A stretch of DNA of 64,000 bases, from contig JBFWJS010000003.1 of the NCBI GenBank assembly GCA_050253075.1, forward strand, positions 213,458-277,457. The letters are read 5' to 3'. A model generated the notes under the pieces. It saw only the letters and a program-made list of their open reading frames with translations, was not told where the DNA came from and made no database searches. This document shows, piece after piece, positions 10,196 through 21,443 of the stretch (positions are counted from its first letter, which is position 1; every line of letters begins with the position of its first letter). This stretch comes from Deferribacterales bacterium (GTDB lineage Bacteria > Chrysiogenota > Deferribacteres > Deferribacterales > Geovibrionaceae). The translations under genes and the position numbers were made by a program.

Positions 10196-13100
10196 ATGGC
10201 TAGATTTTTTATAGATAGACCCGTTTTCTCATGGGTTATCGCCATTATAATCATGCTCGCCGGTGTGTTTGCTATCAAGACACTGCCTGTCGAGCAGTAC
10301 CCAAGGATCGCTCCGCCCAGTATCGTCATAAACGCATCATACCCTGGTGCATCTGCCGAAACACTGGAAAACAGCGTTACACAGGTTATCGAGCAGAGTC
10401 TCACCGGTATCGATAATATGAGATACTTTACATCTTCAAGTGACTCTACGGGTAACATGCAGATCACTGTTACATTCGAGCAGGAGGCAGACCCTGACAT
10501 CGCACAGGTTCAGGTACAGAACAAAGTGCAGAAGGTCATCTCGTCTCTACCTCAGGATGTCCAGCAGGAAGGCGTAACGGTAAACAAATCATCGAACAGC
10601 TTCCTTCTCATCGTCGGTCTTTATTCCGAAGACGGCAGCATGGGAGAGAACGACATCAGTGACTACATCAACAGTAAGATGGTAGACCCTATCAGCCGTC
10701 TTTCAGGTGTGGGTGATGTTACTGTTTTCGGTAATGAGTATGCTATGCGTATATGGCTCGATTCTGAAAAGATGGAGAGCTATAAGCTGACACCGGCGGA
10801 TATTTCTGCTGTCGTATCAGCTCAGAACGTTGACATACCCGCAGGACAGCTCGGCGGTGCTCCCGCTGTGGAAGGACAGCAGCTCAACGCAACAGTAACG
10901 GCGCAGACAATGCTCCGCTCCGTGGAAGAGTTTGAGAACATACTGGTCAGAGTGAATACTGACGGTTCCAAGCTGTTTCTGAAAGATGTGGCAAGGATCG
11001 AACTGGGTGCTGAAAGTTATGGCTTTAAACCCAGATATAACGGTCAGACTGCTTCCGGTGTTGCGGTCAGTCTTGCATCCGGAGCAAATGCTCTTAAAAC
11101 TGCAAACCTTGTAAAAGAAAGGGTCGAGGAACTTTCTAAATACATGCCTGCAGGTCTTAAATATATGTTCCCTTACGACACGACACCGTTCGTAAAGATA
11201 TCCATCGAAGAAGTTGTTAAGACGCTTCTCGAGGCTGTCGTGCTCGTATTCCTCGTTATGTTTCTCTTCCTTCAGAACTTCAGGGCGACGCTTATCCCGA
11301 CGATCGCTGTGCCTGTTGTACTTCTCGGTACATTCGGCGTACTTTCGGCTTTCGGTTTCAGCATCAACACCCTGACGATGTTTGCTATGGTTCTTGCCAT
11401 CGGTCTCCTTGTGGACGACGCAATTGTTGTCGTGGAGAACGTGGAGAGACTTATGAGTGAAGAGGGGCTTTCACCTAAGGAAGCCACAAGAAAATCTATG
11501 GATCAGATCACAAGTGCTCTTATAGGTATAGCTCTTGTACTGTCAGCGGTTTTCGTTCCTATGGCTTTCTTCTCGGGCTCTACGGGTGTTATATACCGTC
11601 AGTTCTCGATAACCATTGTTTCTGCGATGGCTCTGTCGGTGCTGGTGGCTATCATCCTTACGCCTGCGCTTTGCTCTACTATACTTAAACCTGTTAAAAA
11701 GGGACACGGTGAGATCAAGAAGGGATTCTTCGGATGGTTTAACCGTATGTTCAATGCCAGCAGGGGACTTTATAAAGACAGTGTCGGATATGTCGCTGCC
11801 AGAGTGTTCCGTTTCCTCGTTCTTTACGGTCTGATCGTGGCGGGCATGGCTTTCATGTTCACAAAGATTCCTACATCATTCCTGCCGGACGAAGACCAGG
11901 GTATCATGATGCTCATGCTGAACTCTCCTGCGGGATCGACACTGGAGAGAACCAGACAGAACATGGAAGATGTAGAGAAATACTTCCACGAGAATGAGAA
12001 AGAAAACATCGTGAGTATATTCACCGTTACAGGTTTCAGCTTTGCCGGGCGTGGACAAAACACAGGTCTCGGATTCGTGAAGCTGAAGCACTGGGACGAA
12101 AGAACCAGACCTGATCAGAGTGTTCAGGCTATCGCAGCTAGAGCAAATCAGAGACTCTGGGGGATGAAGGATGCTATGACATTCGCATTCTACCCGCCGG
12201 CTATCGTTGAGCTAGGCAGATCTTCAGGTTTCAACCTTCAGGTGCTCGACAGAGGCGGTATCGGACACGAAGAGCTGGTAAAAGCCAGAAATATGGTACT
12301 GAACGAAGCCAGAAAGAATCCTAAGCTGACATCCGTCCGTTTCAACGGTCTGGAAGACGTGCCTCAGTATCAGCTGGATATAGATACTGAAAAGGCTAAG
12401 TCGCTCGGTGTATCTATTTCTGATGTCCGCTCGACACTTAGTGCCGCTTGGGGATCTCAGTATATCAACGACTTCGTATATGACGGACGTATCAAAAAAG
12501 TATATATGCAGGCTGACGCTCCTTCTAGGATGCTGCCTGAGGATACAAAGAAATGGTATGTGAAAAACAGTGACGGCGAGATGGTCTCTTTCGGAACATT
12601 TACAAGCGGTTACTGGAAATACGGTCCTCCTCAGCTCGCCCGTTTCAACGGTAACTCCTCTATGGAGATACAGGGTGCACCTATGATGGGTGTTTCCTCC
12701 GGTGAGGCTATGGGCATTATGGAAGACATAGTGAGAAACCTGCCTATCAGCGGTGTAGACTTTGCATGGTCCGGTATTTCATATGAGGAAAAGGCAGCAG
12801 GCTCGCAGACAATGCTTCTGTACGGTCTGTCGCTCCTTATAGTATTCCTTTGCCTTGCGGCGCTGTATGAGAGCTGGTCTATTCCGTTTGCGGTCATACT
12901 TATCGTTCCCCTCGGTATCGTGGGTGCGGTATCCGCCACACTGCTTGCTAAGATGTCTAACGACGTTTACTTCCAGGTGGGGCTTCTTACGACGATCGGT
13001 CTGGCATCCAAGAACGCCATCCTTATCGTTGAATTTGCGAAGTCGCTTTACGAAGATGGTCATTCCCTTCTGGAATCAGCCACAGAAGCTGCCAAGCTGA

Positions 13101-13345
13101 GACTTAGACCCATTATTATGACATCGCTGGCGTTCATCCTAGGTGTTACACCGCTTGCGATCTCATCCGGTGCAGGTTCTGCCAGCCAGAACGCCATCGG
13201 TATAGGTGTTATCGGCGGTATGCTCACGGCAACATTCCTTGCTATTCTTTTCGTTCCGATGTTCTTCATCGTTATAGAGAAGGCATTCGGAAGCAAAGCA
13301 AGGGAGGATGTTAAGCAAAATGCGGAGGTTGGCCATGCTGAGTAA
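10196..13345 (+). CDS. acrB: HAE1 RND efflux transporter (AcrB/MexB-like)
   Basis: 1049 aa; [51 protein letters not shown]. Confidence 0.95.
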   Translation: MARFFIDRPVFSWVIAIIIMLAGVFAIKTLPVEQYPRIAPPSIVINASYPGASAETLENSVTQVIEQSLTGIDNMRYFTSSSDSTGNMQITVTFEQEADPDIAQVQVQNKVQKVISSLPQDVQQEGVTVNKSSNSFLLIVGLYSEDGSMGENDISDYINSKMVDPISRLSGVGDVTVFGNEYAMRIWLDSEKMESYKLTPADISAVVSAQNVDIPAGQLGGAPAVEGQQLNATVTAQTMLRSVEEFENILVRVNTDGSKLFLKDVARIELGAESYGFKPRYNGQTASGVAVSLASGANALKTANLVKERVEELSKYMPAGLKYMFPYDTTPFVKISIEEVVKTLLEAVVLVFLVMFLFLQNFRATLIPTIAVPVVLLGTFGVLSAFGFSINTLTMFAMVLAIGLLVDDAIVVVENVERLMSEEGLSPKEATRKSMDQITSALIGIALVLSAVFVPMAFFSGSTGVIYRQFSITIVSAMALSVLVAIILTPALCSTILKPVKKGHGEIKKGFFGWFNRMFNASRGLYKDSVGYVAARVFRFLVLYGLIVAGMAFMFTKIPTSFLPDEDQGIMMLMLNSPAGSTLERTRQNMEDVEKYFHENEKENIVSIFTVTGFSFAGRGQNTGLGFVKLKHWDERTRPDQSVQAIAARANQRLWGMKDAMTFAFYPPAIVELGRSSGFNLQVLDRGGIGHEELVKARNMVLNEARKNPKLTSVRFNGLEDVPQYQLDIDTEKAKSLGVSISDVRSTLSAAWGSQYINDFVYDGRIKKVYMQADAPSRMLPEDTKKWYVKNSDGEMVSFGTFTSGYWKYGPPQLARFNGNSSMEIQGAPMMGVSSGEAMGIMEDIVRNLPISGVDFAWSGISYEEKAAGSQTMLLYGLSLLIVFLCLAALYESWSIPFAVILIVPLGIVGAVSATLLAKMSNDVYFQVGLLTTIGLASKNAILIVEFAKSLYEDGHSLLESATEAAKLRLRPIIMTSLAFILGVTPLAISSGAGSASQNAIGIGVIGGMLTATFLAILFVPMFFIVIEKAFGSKAREDVKQNAEVGHAE

Positions 13346-14744
13346 GATATTAACAGCGGCGATACTTTGTGTGTCTATGGCTGGGTGTTCCATGATGCCT
13401 AAATATTCCAGCCCTGATATCTCTCTGGATAAGAGCTGGTCAAAAGACGGCAGGTACGCCCTCTATGATGAAAAGGGAAATGCTGCGGATATCTCGTGGA
13501 ACGAGTATTTCAAATCTGAGACCCTGAAACAGATAATCGCAAAAACACTTAAAAGCAACTATGACATACGTCTGTCTGTGCTGAACATTGAGGCAGCCAG
13601 AGCAGCGTATAGAATACAAAGATCGGAACTACTGCCGACGGTCAATGCGGGAGCGTCAGCGGCAAGGACAAGCACACCTGCCGATATAAGCGCAACAGGG
13701 CAGTCAGTTACCGCTTCGACATTTTCAGCTAACGTCGGAGTCACAGCATACGAGCTGGACTTCTTCGGTAGAGTGAGAAGCCTTAATCAGAAAGCGCTTG
13801 AGAATTTCTTTGCTACAGAAGAGTCAAAAATCAGTACACAATTAGCCCTCATAGCTGAGGCTGCTAATGTTTATCTAACCTATCTGTCAGACAAAGAAAT
13901 GCTCAGGCTTTCTGAGGAAAACCTCGAATCATACACAAAGACATACGAGGTTGTTAAGAGATCGTTTGAGCTCGGAAACGCTACACAGCTAGCTGTGTAT
14001 CAGTCAGAATCAGCATATCAAGGGGCGAAAGCCAGCATAGCACAATACAAACGTGCGATAGTGCAGGACATAAACGCCCTTAATCTGCTGGCAGGCGGCT
14101 CTGTGGAAGAGATACTCGAAGGGAGTACAGACACCATAGAGACTGTTCAGTTCATGAAGCAGCTCCCTGAAGGCGTGCCTTCGACAGTCCTGCTGAAAAG
14201 ACCTGATATCAGAATGGCTGAACACAGACTGAAAGCATCAAATGCAGACATAGGTGCTGCAAGGGCTGCGCTTTACCCAAGCATCAGCCTGACAGGTTCT
14301 TTCGGCTTTGCCAGTACAGAGCTGGAGAACATCTTCGACGACGGCGCGAGATACGCATGGAACTTTTCTCCTTCTATCAGCATCCCTATATTCAACAGGG
14401 GCGCACTGAAGGCCAGTCTGGAAACAGCAGAAGTTCAGGAAAAGATAGCTGCGACAGAATATGAGCAGGCTGTTCAGACAGCTTTCAGAGAAGTCGCAGA
14501 TCAGCTCGCAGCCAGAAGCACTTACAAACAGCAGCTCGATGCACAGGAAGCTGTGCTGAACAGCGCACAGAAGTCTTATGACCTCTCACTGAACCTGTAT
14601 AACGCAGGCGCAAACGACTACCTCTCCGTGCTGGATGCACAGAGGTCGCTCGTTTCTGCTCAGCAGGGCGTTGTCTCTGTTAAGCAGGCTTACAAGGCTA
14701 ATCTTGTCACACTGTACAAAGTACTTGGCGGTGGACAGATATAG
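13335..14744 (+). CDS. Outer-membrane efflux lipoprotein (OprM/NodT family)
   Basis: Lipobox [40 protein letters not shown]; overlaps the acrB stop. Confidence 0.92.
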   Translation: MLSKILTAAILCVSMAGCSMMPKYSSPDISLDKSWSKDGRYALYDEKGNAADISWNEYFKSETLKQIIAKTLKSNYDIRLSVLNIEAARAAYRIQRSELLPTVNAGASAARTSTPADISATGQSVTASTFSANVGVTAYELDFFGRVRSLNQKALENFFATEESKISTQLALIAEAANVYLTYLSDKEMLRLSEENLESYTKTYEVVKRSFELGNATQLAVYQSESAYQGAKASIAQYKRAIVQDINALNLLAGGSVEEILEGSTDTIETVQFMKQLPEGVPSTVLLKRPDIRMAEHRLKASNADIGAARAALYPSISLTGSFGFASTELENIFDDGARYAWNFSPSISIPIFNRGALKASLETAEVQEKIAATEYEQAVQTAFREVADQLAARSTYKQQLDAQEAVLNSAQKSYDLSLNLYNAGANDYLSVLDAQRSLVSAQQGVVSVKQAYKANLVTLYKVLGGGQI

Positions 14745-14794
14745 ACGAAGGGCTCTGATGAGCCTTTCTGGTTCCACTAACAACTCCACTATCG

Positions 14795-14824
14795 GAAAAG
14801 GCCGGACATTTGTCCGGTCTTTTC
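14795..14824 (+). terminator. Intrinsic terminator after the RND operon
   Basis: GAAAAGGCCGGACA-TT-TGTCCGGTCTTTTC hairpin; a second hairpin GAAGGGCTC-TGAT-GAGCCTTTC lies at about 14747-14768. Confidence 0.8.
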
Positions 14825-15030
14825 ATTTCTACACATTTTTTATCCTAAAAATATCTTAATCGGCTTTAATAATATGTTCATTCTGTTAATTTAAAATTTC
14901 ATATCCGTTATCCATTAAGGGCTTAGTGATTACATGTGTTTATAATAGCGAACATGGAGAATTTTTGTGTTAGTATTATATTTATACTATGTGTGGTGTT
15001 TAATTTATTTGTGTTGACGTAAGGTGTATT

Positions 15031-17073
15031 ATGAAAAATGAAATTGCTAAACAAAAGATGCGTCTTAAAAATGCATCAATAGGCATGGCATTCCTTATGC
15101 TCCTGATACCTGTCACAGCGGCTATCTTAGCCACATTCAGCTTTGTGTATTATAAGAACATAGAGACTGACCTTATCCTTATGAAGAGGAACGAGTATCA
15201 GATAATCCAGAAACAGCAGTCGCTGATCCTTAAAACACTGCAGAATGTCGTCGGGGACCTTATGGTGGCGGCGTCGCATCATGAGATACGCCACATGTTT
15301 GAAAATGACGATAGCGCGTATTCTAACACATCAGCGGAATTCTCCGAGCTTGTCAAATACAAGAAGAAATACGATCAGGTGCGTTATATAAACGAGGACG
15401 GCGAAGAAAAGGTTCGTGTCAATTACACCGGCGGTAATGCCATAGTCGTGCCTAAAAGTGAATTGCAGAATAAAGCCGAAAGGTATTATTTCAAAGACAC
15501 TATCGTACTGAAAAGGGGGGAGGTTTTCATGTCGCCCCTTGATCTGAACATAGAGAACGGTCAGGTAGAGATGCCGTATAAACCTATGATAAGGTTCGCC
15601 ACGCCCGTATTCGACAAAGACAGTTATAAGCGAGGGATAATCATCATCAATTATCTCGGGCAGATAATGATAGACGACCTTATAAGACTTTCTGAGACCA
15701 CATACGGCTCTATACTGATGATAAATCAGAATGGCGATTGGATAAAAGGCCCAACAGAAGACAGCGACTGGAGCTTTATGTTCCCGGATAAGAATCTGGC
15801 GACATTCGGCGAAGAACATATGAGCGCATGGGAGGAGATATCCGAAAGCGACAGAGGACAGCTTGTCGTGAATGACAACATATTCACATTTGACACTGTT
15901 TATCCTCTGGAGATAGGCGTGAAGGCGACAAAAGGCGCATCCACGCCATACGGAGACAGCAAAGGATTTGTAAACGAGCATGATTTCAGCTGGAAACTGG
16001 TGTCATATATACCGAGCACCGTGGTCTCGCAGATGCGCATGGGTAACCTTATAAAGCTGTCACCTTTCCTCATTCTTACGTTTATTATCGTGGTTTTCGG
16101 GTGCTATATGCTCGCAAGGAACATAGTGAAACGCAGGATAATCTCTGATGAACTGGTGAAGACCAATATAAAGCTCGAAGAGCGTGTAAGAGAACGTACA
16201 GAAGAGCTGAGCAGGCTGAATAAAGGTCTGGAGATAAAGGTAAAGGAAGAGACGGAGAAGAGGATGTATAACGAGAATCTTCTCAGTCAGCAGACCAGAT
16301 TTATACAGATAGGCCAGATGTTTACCGCTATAGCGCACCACTGGCGGCAGCCGCTTAATGTCATAGGGCTGCGCATACAGGACGTTTCCGATGCGTACGA
16401 AGAGGGCTCAATGGATGCTGAATATATCGAAGAGCTCATAGACTTCAGCATGGCACAGATAAAGAATCTGTCGTATTCCATAGACAATTTCCGCACGTAT
16501 TTCAGCACTGACGACGACCCTGTGGAGTATGAGATGATAAATGTCGTGAGAGACACTATCAGACTGCTGGAAGGACAGTTTAAGAGCTGCGGTATAGGCT
16601 TTTCTTTCCACGGCGACTGCGGTGATTCATCCTGCAGCGCAAAATCATCAGATGAGATGGTCTGTAAAACCGGCGGAACAAAGATGTATGGACACCCGCA
16701 GTTTATGAAGCAGGTGCTGATGAACATTTTAGTTAATTCATATGATGCCATACTGGCCAAACGTGCCAAAGATCCGAACAACCGCAGTAAGATATCTCTC
16801 ACGGCCGAGGTTGTCGAGGACAATATAAAGATAACCGTATCAGACACCGGAGGCGGTGTCCCCGTCGAGGTGATGGAGAAGATATTCGACCCTTACTTCA
16901 CCACAAAGGAAGAGGGGAAAGGTACCGGTATGGGGCTGTACATGGCCAAAGTGATAGTGGAAAAGAACATGCAGGGGAAGCTGCGTGTGAATAACTCCCT
17001 CGAAGGGGCAGAGTTTACAATCGTCACTCCGCTGAGATACGATCAAGGCGATATGAGCAGTATTTCAGAATAA
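15031..17073 (+). CDS. Sensor histidine kinase with periplasmic Cache-type domain
   Basis: 2 TM; YDQVRYI..LQNKAERYYF..SPLDLNIENG..KPMIRFATPV sensor; IAHHWRQPL H-box; DTGGG, FDPYFTTK, GTGMGLY. Confidence 0.9.
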   Translation: MKNEIAKQKMRLKNASIGMAFLMLLIPVTAAILATFSFVYYKNIETDLILMKRNEYQIIQKQQSLILKTLQNVVGDLMVAASHHEIRHMFENDDSAYSNTSAEFSELVKYKKKYDQVRYINEDGEEKVRVNYTGGNAIVVPKSELQNKAERYYFKDTIVLKRGEVFMSPLDLNIENGQVEMPYKPMIRFATPVFDKDSYKRGIIIINYLGQIMIDDLIRLSETTYGSILMINQNGDWIKGPTEDSDWSFMFPDKNLATFGEEHMSAWEEISESDRGQLVVNDNIFTFDTVYPLEIGVKATKGASTPYGDSKGFVNEHDFSWKLVSYIPSTVVSQMRMGNLIKLSPFLILTFIIVVFGCYMLARNIVKRRIISDELVKTNIKLEERVRERTEELSRLNKGLEIKVKEETEKRMYNENLLSQQTRFIQIGQMFTAIAHHWRQPLNVIGLRIQDVSDAYEEGSMDAEYIEELIDFSMAQIKNLSYSIDNFRTYFSTDDDPVEYEMINVVRDTIRLLEGQFKSCGIGFSFHGDCGDSSCSAKSSDEMVCKTGGTKMYGHPQFMKQVLMNILVNSYDAILAKRAKDPNNRSKISLTAEVVEDNIKITVSDTGGGVPVEVMEKIFDPYFTTKEEGKGTGMGLYMAKVIVEKNMQGKLRVNNSLEGAEFTIVTPLRYDQGDMSSISE

Positions 17074-17093
17074 ATCCTAAATAATACTCACGT

Positions 17094-17120
17094 GGCACCT
17101 ATCCGAACGGATAGGTGTCC
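17094..17120 (+). terminator. Stem-loop downstream of the kinase gene
   Basis: GGCACCTATCCG-AA-CGGATAGGTGTC inverted repeat; weak U-tail. Confidence 0.55.
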
Positions 17121-17221
17121 TGCTTGTAAATGTCAATTATTTCGTTATTTATCCATTCCTTTGATTGCCTGAGATTCTTCGCAAGACTAAGATTTAGTAA
17201 ACACGCATATAGAGGAATTTC

Positions 17222-18685
17222 ATGAAAATACCCTTCAGTCGTTTGCTGCTGTCAGTCTTTCTGTGTGCCTTTCTGGTCTCATGCGGGGGCGGGGAGACAT
17301 ACGGCACAGACGAGACAAATGACGAGATAAATCTACCGAATGTCCTGACGGGCATATTTTATGATTCCCCAGTGGCTGGGCTGTACTACGAATGCACCGC
17401 ATGGCAGTACGGCTATACGGACGAGAACGGCACTTTTGCCTGTAATGAGGGCTGCGAGGTCAGTTTTTACATCGGGGACAAATTCCTTGGCTCTGCTTTA
17501 CCCCGGGACGGAGTGGTGACGCCTATGATGCTCTTCCCCGATGATGAAGGCAGGGCAGTGGGGCTTGCCAGCGTTTTGCAGTCTCTCGACGAAGACAGAG
17601 ATCCCTCAAACGGTATAAAACTCGATGAAGATAAGATAGCGATGATATCTTCCGCAGATTTCGAATTTACAGACGAAGATTTCACAGACAGCGTGATATC
17701 CGCCATTGGCGAGCCTCTTGTAGATGAAGATATAGCGCTGATACATTTAAACCAGTCACTGCGTGAGTATGGCATTGATACAGTAAAACAAGCTCTGCCG
17801 GAGCAGGAGATCGTAGACAATGATAACGACGGCATACCGGACGCCGTTACCAGGTACACCTATGATGTCAACGGACTCCTGACAGAGCAGACAGAAGATA
17901 CTGACGGCGATGGTGTAGTAGATGTAATATACAGCTATGCTTACGACAGTGACTGGAACCTTAAAAGCCGCAGCCGTGATAATAACGGCGACGGTGTGAC
18001 GGATAATTATTATGAATATGAGTACGATACCTATGGCAGACTCATCCAGAGGAAGATCGATGAGGAAGGCGACGGAAATTTCGAATCCATAACTTATATG
18101 ACGTACAACATCTATGGCCGTGAGCTGAGCAGAAGCACAGACACCGCCCCCCTCGGCGACATGAACATAATCATCACTACGGTTTATAATGCTTATAACC
18201 AGGAGGAGTCGAGGGAAGTAGACAGTGACGCAGACGGTGATGCCGACTATGCGGCATTGATAGAGTATGGTGAAGAAGGATATCCGTATAAATACAGCAT
18301 AGATAGTGATGGCGACGGCACATACGAAGAGGTAAGGATATTTACCACGGACTCAGAAGGCAAACCGCTCAGCATGATCAGCGAAAACGAATCCTATATG
18401 GTCACATACGAGTGGACAGGCGATCAAGTCGTTATCAAAACAAGATATGACAATGATCTGGACGGTATAGCAGACGAAACCATCGTCGAAACGGTCGTGG
18501 TGGACGATGTAAACGGCGACCGTTACCTAAGTCTAGTTCGGTATAACGGGCCCATCGGCTCTGACTTTTACTCTGCAGTATATTACGACTATGACGCCGA
18601 CGGAAATGTCATTAGGAGAACGTATTACTATCTGGACGAGGAAGCCCCGATGGCGGTGACCACATATATCTGGGGCGAGTACTAG
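17222..18685 (+). CDS. Acidic lipoprotein with about 28-aa DxDxDG/YD-like repeats (hypothetical)
   Basis: Lipobox LVSC-GGG; repeated D-x-[DN]-x-DG...Y-x-Y-D units. Confidence 0.8.
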   Translation: MKIPFSRLLLSVFLCAFLVSCGGGETYGTDETNDEINLPNVLTGIFYDSPVAGLYYECTAWQYGYTDENGTFACNEGCEVSFYIGDKFLGSALPRDGVVTPMMLFPDDEGRAVGLASVLQSLDEDRDPSNGIKLDEDKIAMISSADFEFTDEDFTDSVISAIGEPLVDEDIALIHLNQSLREYGIDTVKQALPEQEIVDNDNDGIPDAVTRYTYDVNGLLTEQTEDTDGDGVVDVIYSYAYDSDWNLKSRSRDNNGDGVTDNYYEYEYDTYGRLIQRKIDEEGDGNFESITYMTYNIYGRELSRSTDTAPLGDMNIIITTVYNAYNQEESREVDSDADGDADYAALIEYGEEGYPYKYSIDSDGDGTYEEVRIFTTDSEGKPLSMISENESYMVTYEWTGDQVVIKTRYDNDLDGIADETIVETVVVDDVNGDRYLSLVRYNGPIGSDFYSAVYYDYDADGNVIRRTYYYLDEEAPMAVTTYIWGEY

Positions 18686-18775
18686 CCTTTCAGATCCGAA
18701 AACTATTGAATAATTTTTCACGGAGCATGATCTTAGGCATATTGAGATTTGATTAGTATGATTAAGAGGTGCTCT

Positions 18776-19504
18776 ATGAGATTTTTCCTTACTTTGGCAG
18801 TGATGCTGGCCGCATCCGTGGCGATGGCGGGGCAGGCTGTTGTCTATCAATCCGCAGGTAAAGACTATGAAGGATATTATGCTCCTGTAAAGGGAGCTCC
18901 ACTGGTACTCATCATCCATGACTGGGACGGGCTCACAGACTATGAGGTGAAGAGGGCAGATATGCTGAACGAGCTCGGCTTTTCCGCATTCGCTCTGGAT
19001 ATGTACGGCAAGGGTGTCAGACCAACAGAAATAGCCGAAAACAAACGCCTCACGGCAGAGCTGTATAACGACAGAGAAAAAATGCGCAGACTGCTGAATG
19101 CGGGTGTTGCCGCTGCGAAAGAGCAGGGTGCGGATGTTTCAAACGCCGTGATGATAGGCTATTGCTTTGGCGGTGCTGTCGCCCTTGAATACGCTCGCTC
19201 CGGCGAACCGCTAAAGGCTTTCATACCTTTCCACGGCGGTCTGAGTACGCCTGATGGGCAGGATTATTCAAAGACTAATGGTGAGGTAGTTGTATTCCAC
19301 GGAACAGCGGACAAGGCTGTCAGCATGGCAGAGTTCGCAGCACTGGCTGTGGAGCTGGAGCAGGCGGGCATAAAGCATGAGATGCACACCTACAGCGGTG
19401 CACCCCATGCGTTTACAGTATTTGGTTCTCCGAGGTATCACGAAGAGGCCGATAAGAAATCCTGGTCCAGATTTGTAGAATATATAAATACTAAACTGAA
19501 ATAA
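18776..19504 (+). CDS. Dienelactone hydrolase family protein (exported)
   Basis: Signal peptide; HDWDG, GYCFGG nucleophile motif, HGTAD, GAPHAFT; GAGGT RBS. Confidence 0.9.
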   Translation: MRFFLTLAVMLAASVAMAGQAVVYQSAGKDYEGYYAPVKGAPLVLIIHDWDGLTDYEVKRADMLNELGFSAFALDMYGKGVRPTEIAENKRLTAELYNDREKMRRLLNAGVAAAKEQGADVSNAVMIGYCFGGAVALEYARSGEPLKAFIPFHGGLSTPDGQDYSKTNGEVVVFHGTADKAVSMAEFAALAVELEQAGIKHEMHTYSGAPHAFTVFGSPRYHEEADKKSWSRFVEYINTKLK

Positions 19505-19509
19505 CAGAT

Positions 19510-19537
19510 AGGCCCGGTGTAAAAAGCCGGGCTTTTT
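19510..19537. terminator. Terminator between convergent genes
   Basis: AGGCCCGGT-loop-GCCGGGCTT followed by a T-run. Confidence 0.7.
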
Positions 19538-20039
19538 ATATCAGAAGCCCGATAGCCAGCACGGCACCAATGGCTGAAACGGCTATCCCTTTACGAAGCT
19601 GTCTGCTCGTCGGCTTATACATGAAAAACGATGACAAAGCGAGGAAGAGCAGCAGCAGGCCGTATGTTACGTTAAACATATGCGAGGGCATGGCTGATGT
19701 GGATTTATGCAGATTCACCATCTTCTGTATGATGTACGGCAGTTCCTTTGATGTGTATGCCAGCTCGCCCGTTGCCGAGTCGTATGTGCCTGTGTATTCC
19801 CCTTTGGAAAAGGTTATGACGCTCCCCTCGGCGGAGACTATATCTATCTTTGCGTGCATCTCTTTCCCTAGATCACCCGCTGGGACACCTTTGTCTATTA
19901 CGATATTTATCTCTCTTTCACTTTTGAGAAAATCAGAATCTCTGTATGTGAGCAATACCCCGCTGACAGCGTAGATAAATGTGATGCCTACCACCAAAAA
20001 GCCTATGTATCTGTGCAGAAAACGCATTGTTGTTATCAT
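19536..20039 (-). CDS. PepSY-associated TM helix protein
   Basis: MRFLHRYIGF..YAVSG and MVNLHK..LALSSFFMY TM motifs with conserved His. Confidence 0.75.
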   Translation of the reverse strand: MITTMRFLHRYIGFLVVGITFIYAVSGVLLTYRDSDFLKSEREINIVIDKGVPAGDLGKEMHAKIDIVSAEGSVITFSKGEYTGTYDSATGELAYTSKELPYIIQKMVNLHKSTSAMPSHMFNVTYGLLLLFLALSSFFMYKPTSRQLRKGIAVSAIGAVLAIGLLI

Positions 20040-20174
20040 TTTCTCCTCCTTTGTTAATCATATCTAAATGTTAGATAATTAAAAGTTAACAAGCGTAAAG
20101 AAGGGTAAATTATAAGCAAATATCATTATTTTTAGTGGTATATTATCTCTAATGATTATACTAGGGGCGGAAAT

Positions 20175-20762
20175 ATGAATGCGAAACTGAATGCACTGCT
20201 TGCGAAACTCGAACAATTCGGAGCCGATAACGACTCGGTGAAAGAGGTCAAATCAGAAAAAATGCTCAACATCACCCGTGATACAGGTGAATTCCTCCGT
20301 GCGATGATAGTCGCCGCGAATGCCAAAAATATCGTCGAGGCGGGTACTTCGAACGGGTACTCCACCATATGGCTTGCTCTCGGTGCCGAGGCTGTTGGCG
20401 GGCAGGTCATCACTATAGAGCTTCTGGACGAAAAGGTAAAGATGGCAGCCGAAAACTTTGCAGAATCTGGCATGGGCGGATTTATCACACAGATTCAGCA
20501 GGATGCGGGCTTCTACTTTGCATCTTTGAAAGACGCTTCCGTGGATATGGTATTCCTCGACTCAAAGCGTACAGAGTATGCAGGATGGTGGGGCGATATC
20601 CTCAGGTGCCTTGTGCCGGGCGGGTTTATCGTTGTGGATAATGCTCTCTCTCACGTGGAGGAGCTGGCAGATTTCACCGAGACGGTAAATGCCTGTGACA
20701 GGGTCATCACTTCTCTGCTCCCTTTGGGTAAGGGCGAGCTGGTGATAGTGAAGAACAGATAG
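20175..20762 (+). CDS. Class I SAM-dependent O-methyltransferase
   Basis: VEAGTSNGYSTIWLA, DMVFLDS, PGGFIVVDN. Confidence 0.88.
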   Translation: MNAKLNALLAKLEQFGADNDSVKEVKSEKMLNITRDTGEFLRAMIVAANAKNIVEAGTSNGYSTIWLALGAEAVGGQVITIELLDEKVKMAAENFAESGMGGFITQIQQDAGFYFASLKDASVDMVFLDSKRTEYAGWWGDILRCLVPGGFIVVDNALSHVEELADFTETVNACDRVITSLLPLGKGELVIVKNR

Positions 20763-21443
20763 CTATCTGAGCGGGTCGGACTGCTCCATCCATTTGGTGA
20801 TGAACCTGTAGGCACGGTTCACATCCATGAATTTATCCTTGTCGCCGTCTGACTGGTCGGGGTGGTACTGCTTGCACAGTTCTCTGAAGCGTATCTTCAC
20901 CGTTGCTAGGTTTTCATGGCCGTGGAGCCCGAGCGTGAGGTATGCGTCGTTTATGCTGTTGTCCGAGCTGAGTATCTCCCACGCTCCCGAAAGGAGGCTT
21001 TCGGCGGAGACACTGTCCAGCTTGTCATAGTTTGCTTTGTCCAGATAAAAATATTTCAGCGATATGGATTCCAATGCGGAGTCTCCGAGCTGTTCGGTGT
21101 GTAAGGTGCAGTGTTCGGAGCCTGCTGATGCGGGCATATTGCAGAAAGACATTGTGTCTTCGTTAAAGTATGCGCATAAGCCTTTTTCGGGATATCTGAA
21201 AACACCCGTCCGCATGAAGTGCACATGCAGATATTTGCCTTCGTTCACGTATTCGTTCTGCATGGAGTACAGCTTATGAAACAGGGCAAAGTGCATCCTG
21301 TAAAGCTCCACTGCGGGCATGCCTAGTATAGTGATGTCTCTGAAAGCTGCTTTCAGCATCTTGCTTTCGTAGCAGGGCTCTGTCTCTATCAGCTCTTTCA
21401 GCGCTTTTTCGTCTATCGTTTCGAGGAAATCGTTCAGCTTCAT
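20763..21443 (-). CDS. DnaJ-related protein with C-terminal J domain
   Basis: AYLTLGL..VKIRFRELCKQYHPD..GDKDKFMDVNRAY; N-terminal LYRMHFALFHKLY segment. Confidence 0.8.
   Translation of the reverse strand: MKLNDFLETIDEKALKELIETEPCYESKMLKAAFRDITILGMPAVELYRMHFALFHKLYSMQNEYVNEGKYLHVHFMRTGVFRYPEKGLCAYFNEDTMSFCNMPASAGSEHCTLHTEQLGDSALESISLKYFYLDKANYDKLDSVSAESLLSGAWEILSSDNSINDAYLTLGLHGHENLATVKIRFRELCKQYHPDQSDGDKDKFMDVNRAYRFITKWMEQSDPLR

Noticed and set aside
17222..18685. Rhs/YD polymorphic toxin
   Set aside because: Too short; no PxxxxDPxG core, toxin tip or immunity gene; it has a lipoprotein signal
20050..20132. Fur box upstream of the PepSY-TM gene
   Set aside because: Only a partial match (AATAATGATA) in very AT-rich DNA; cannot be told from chance
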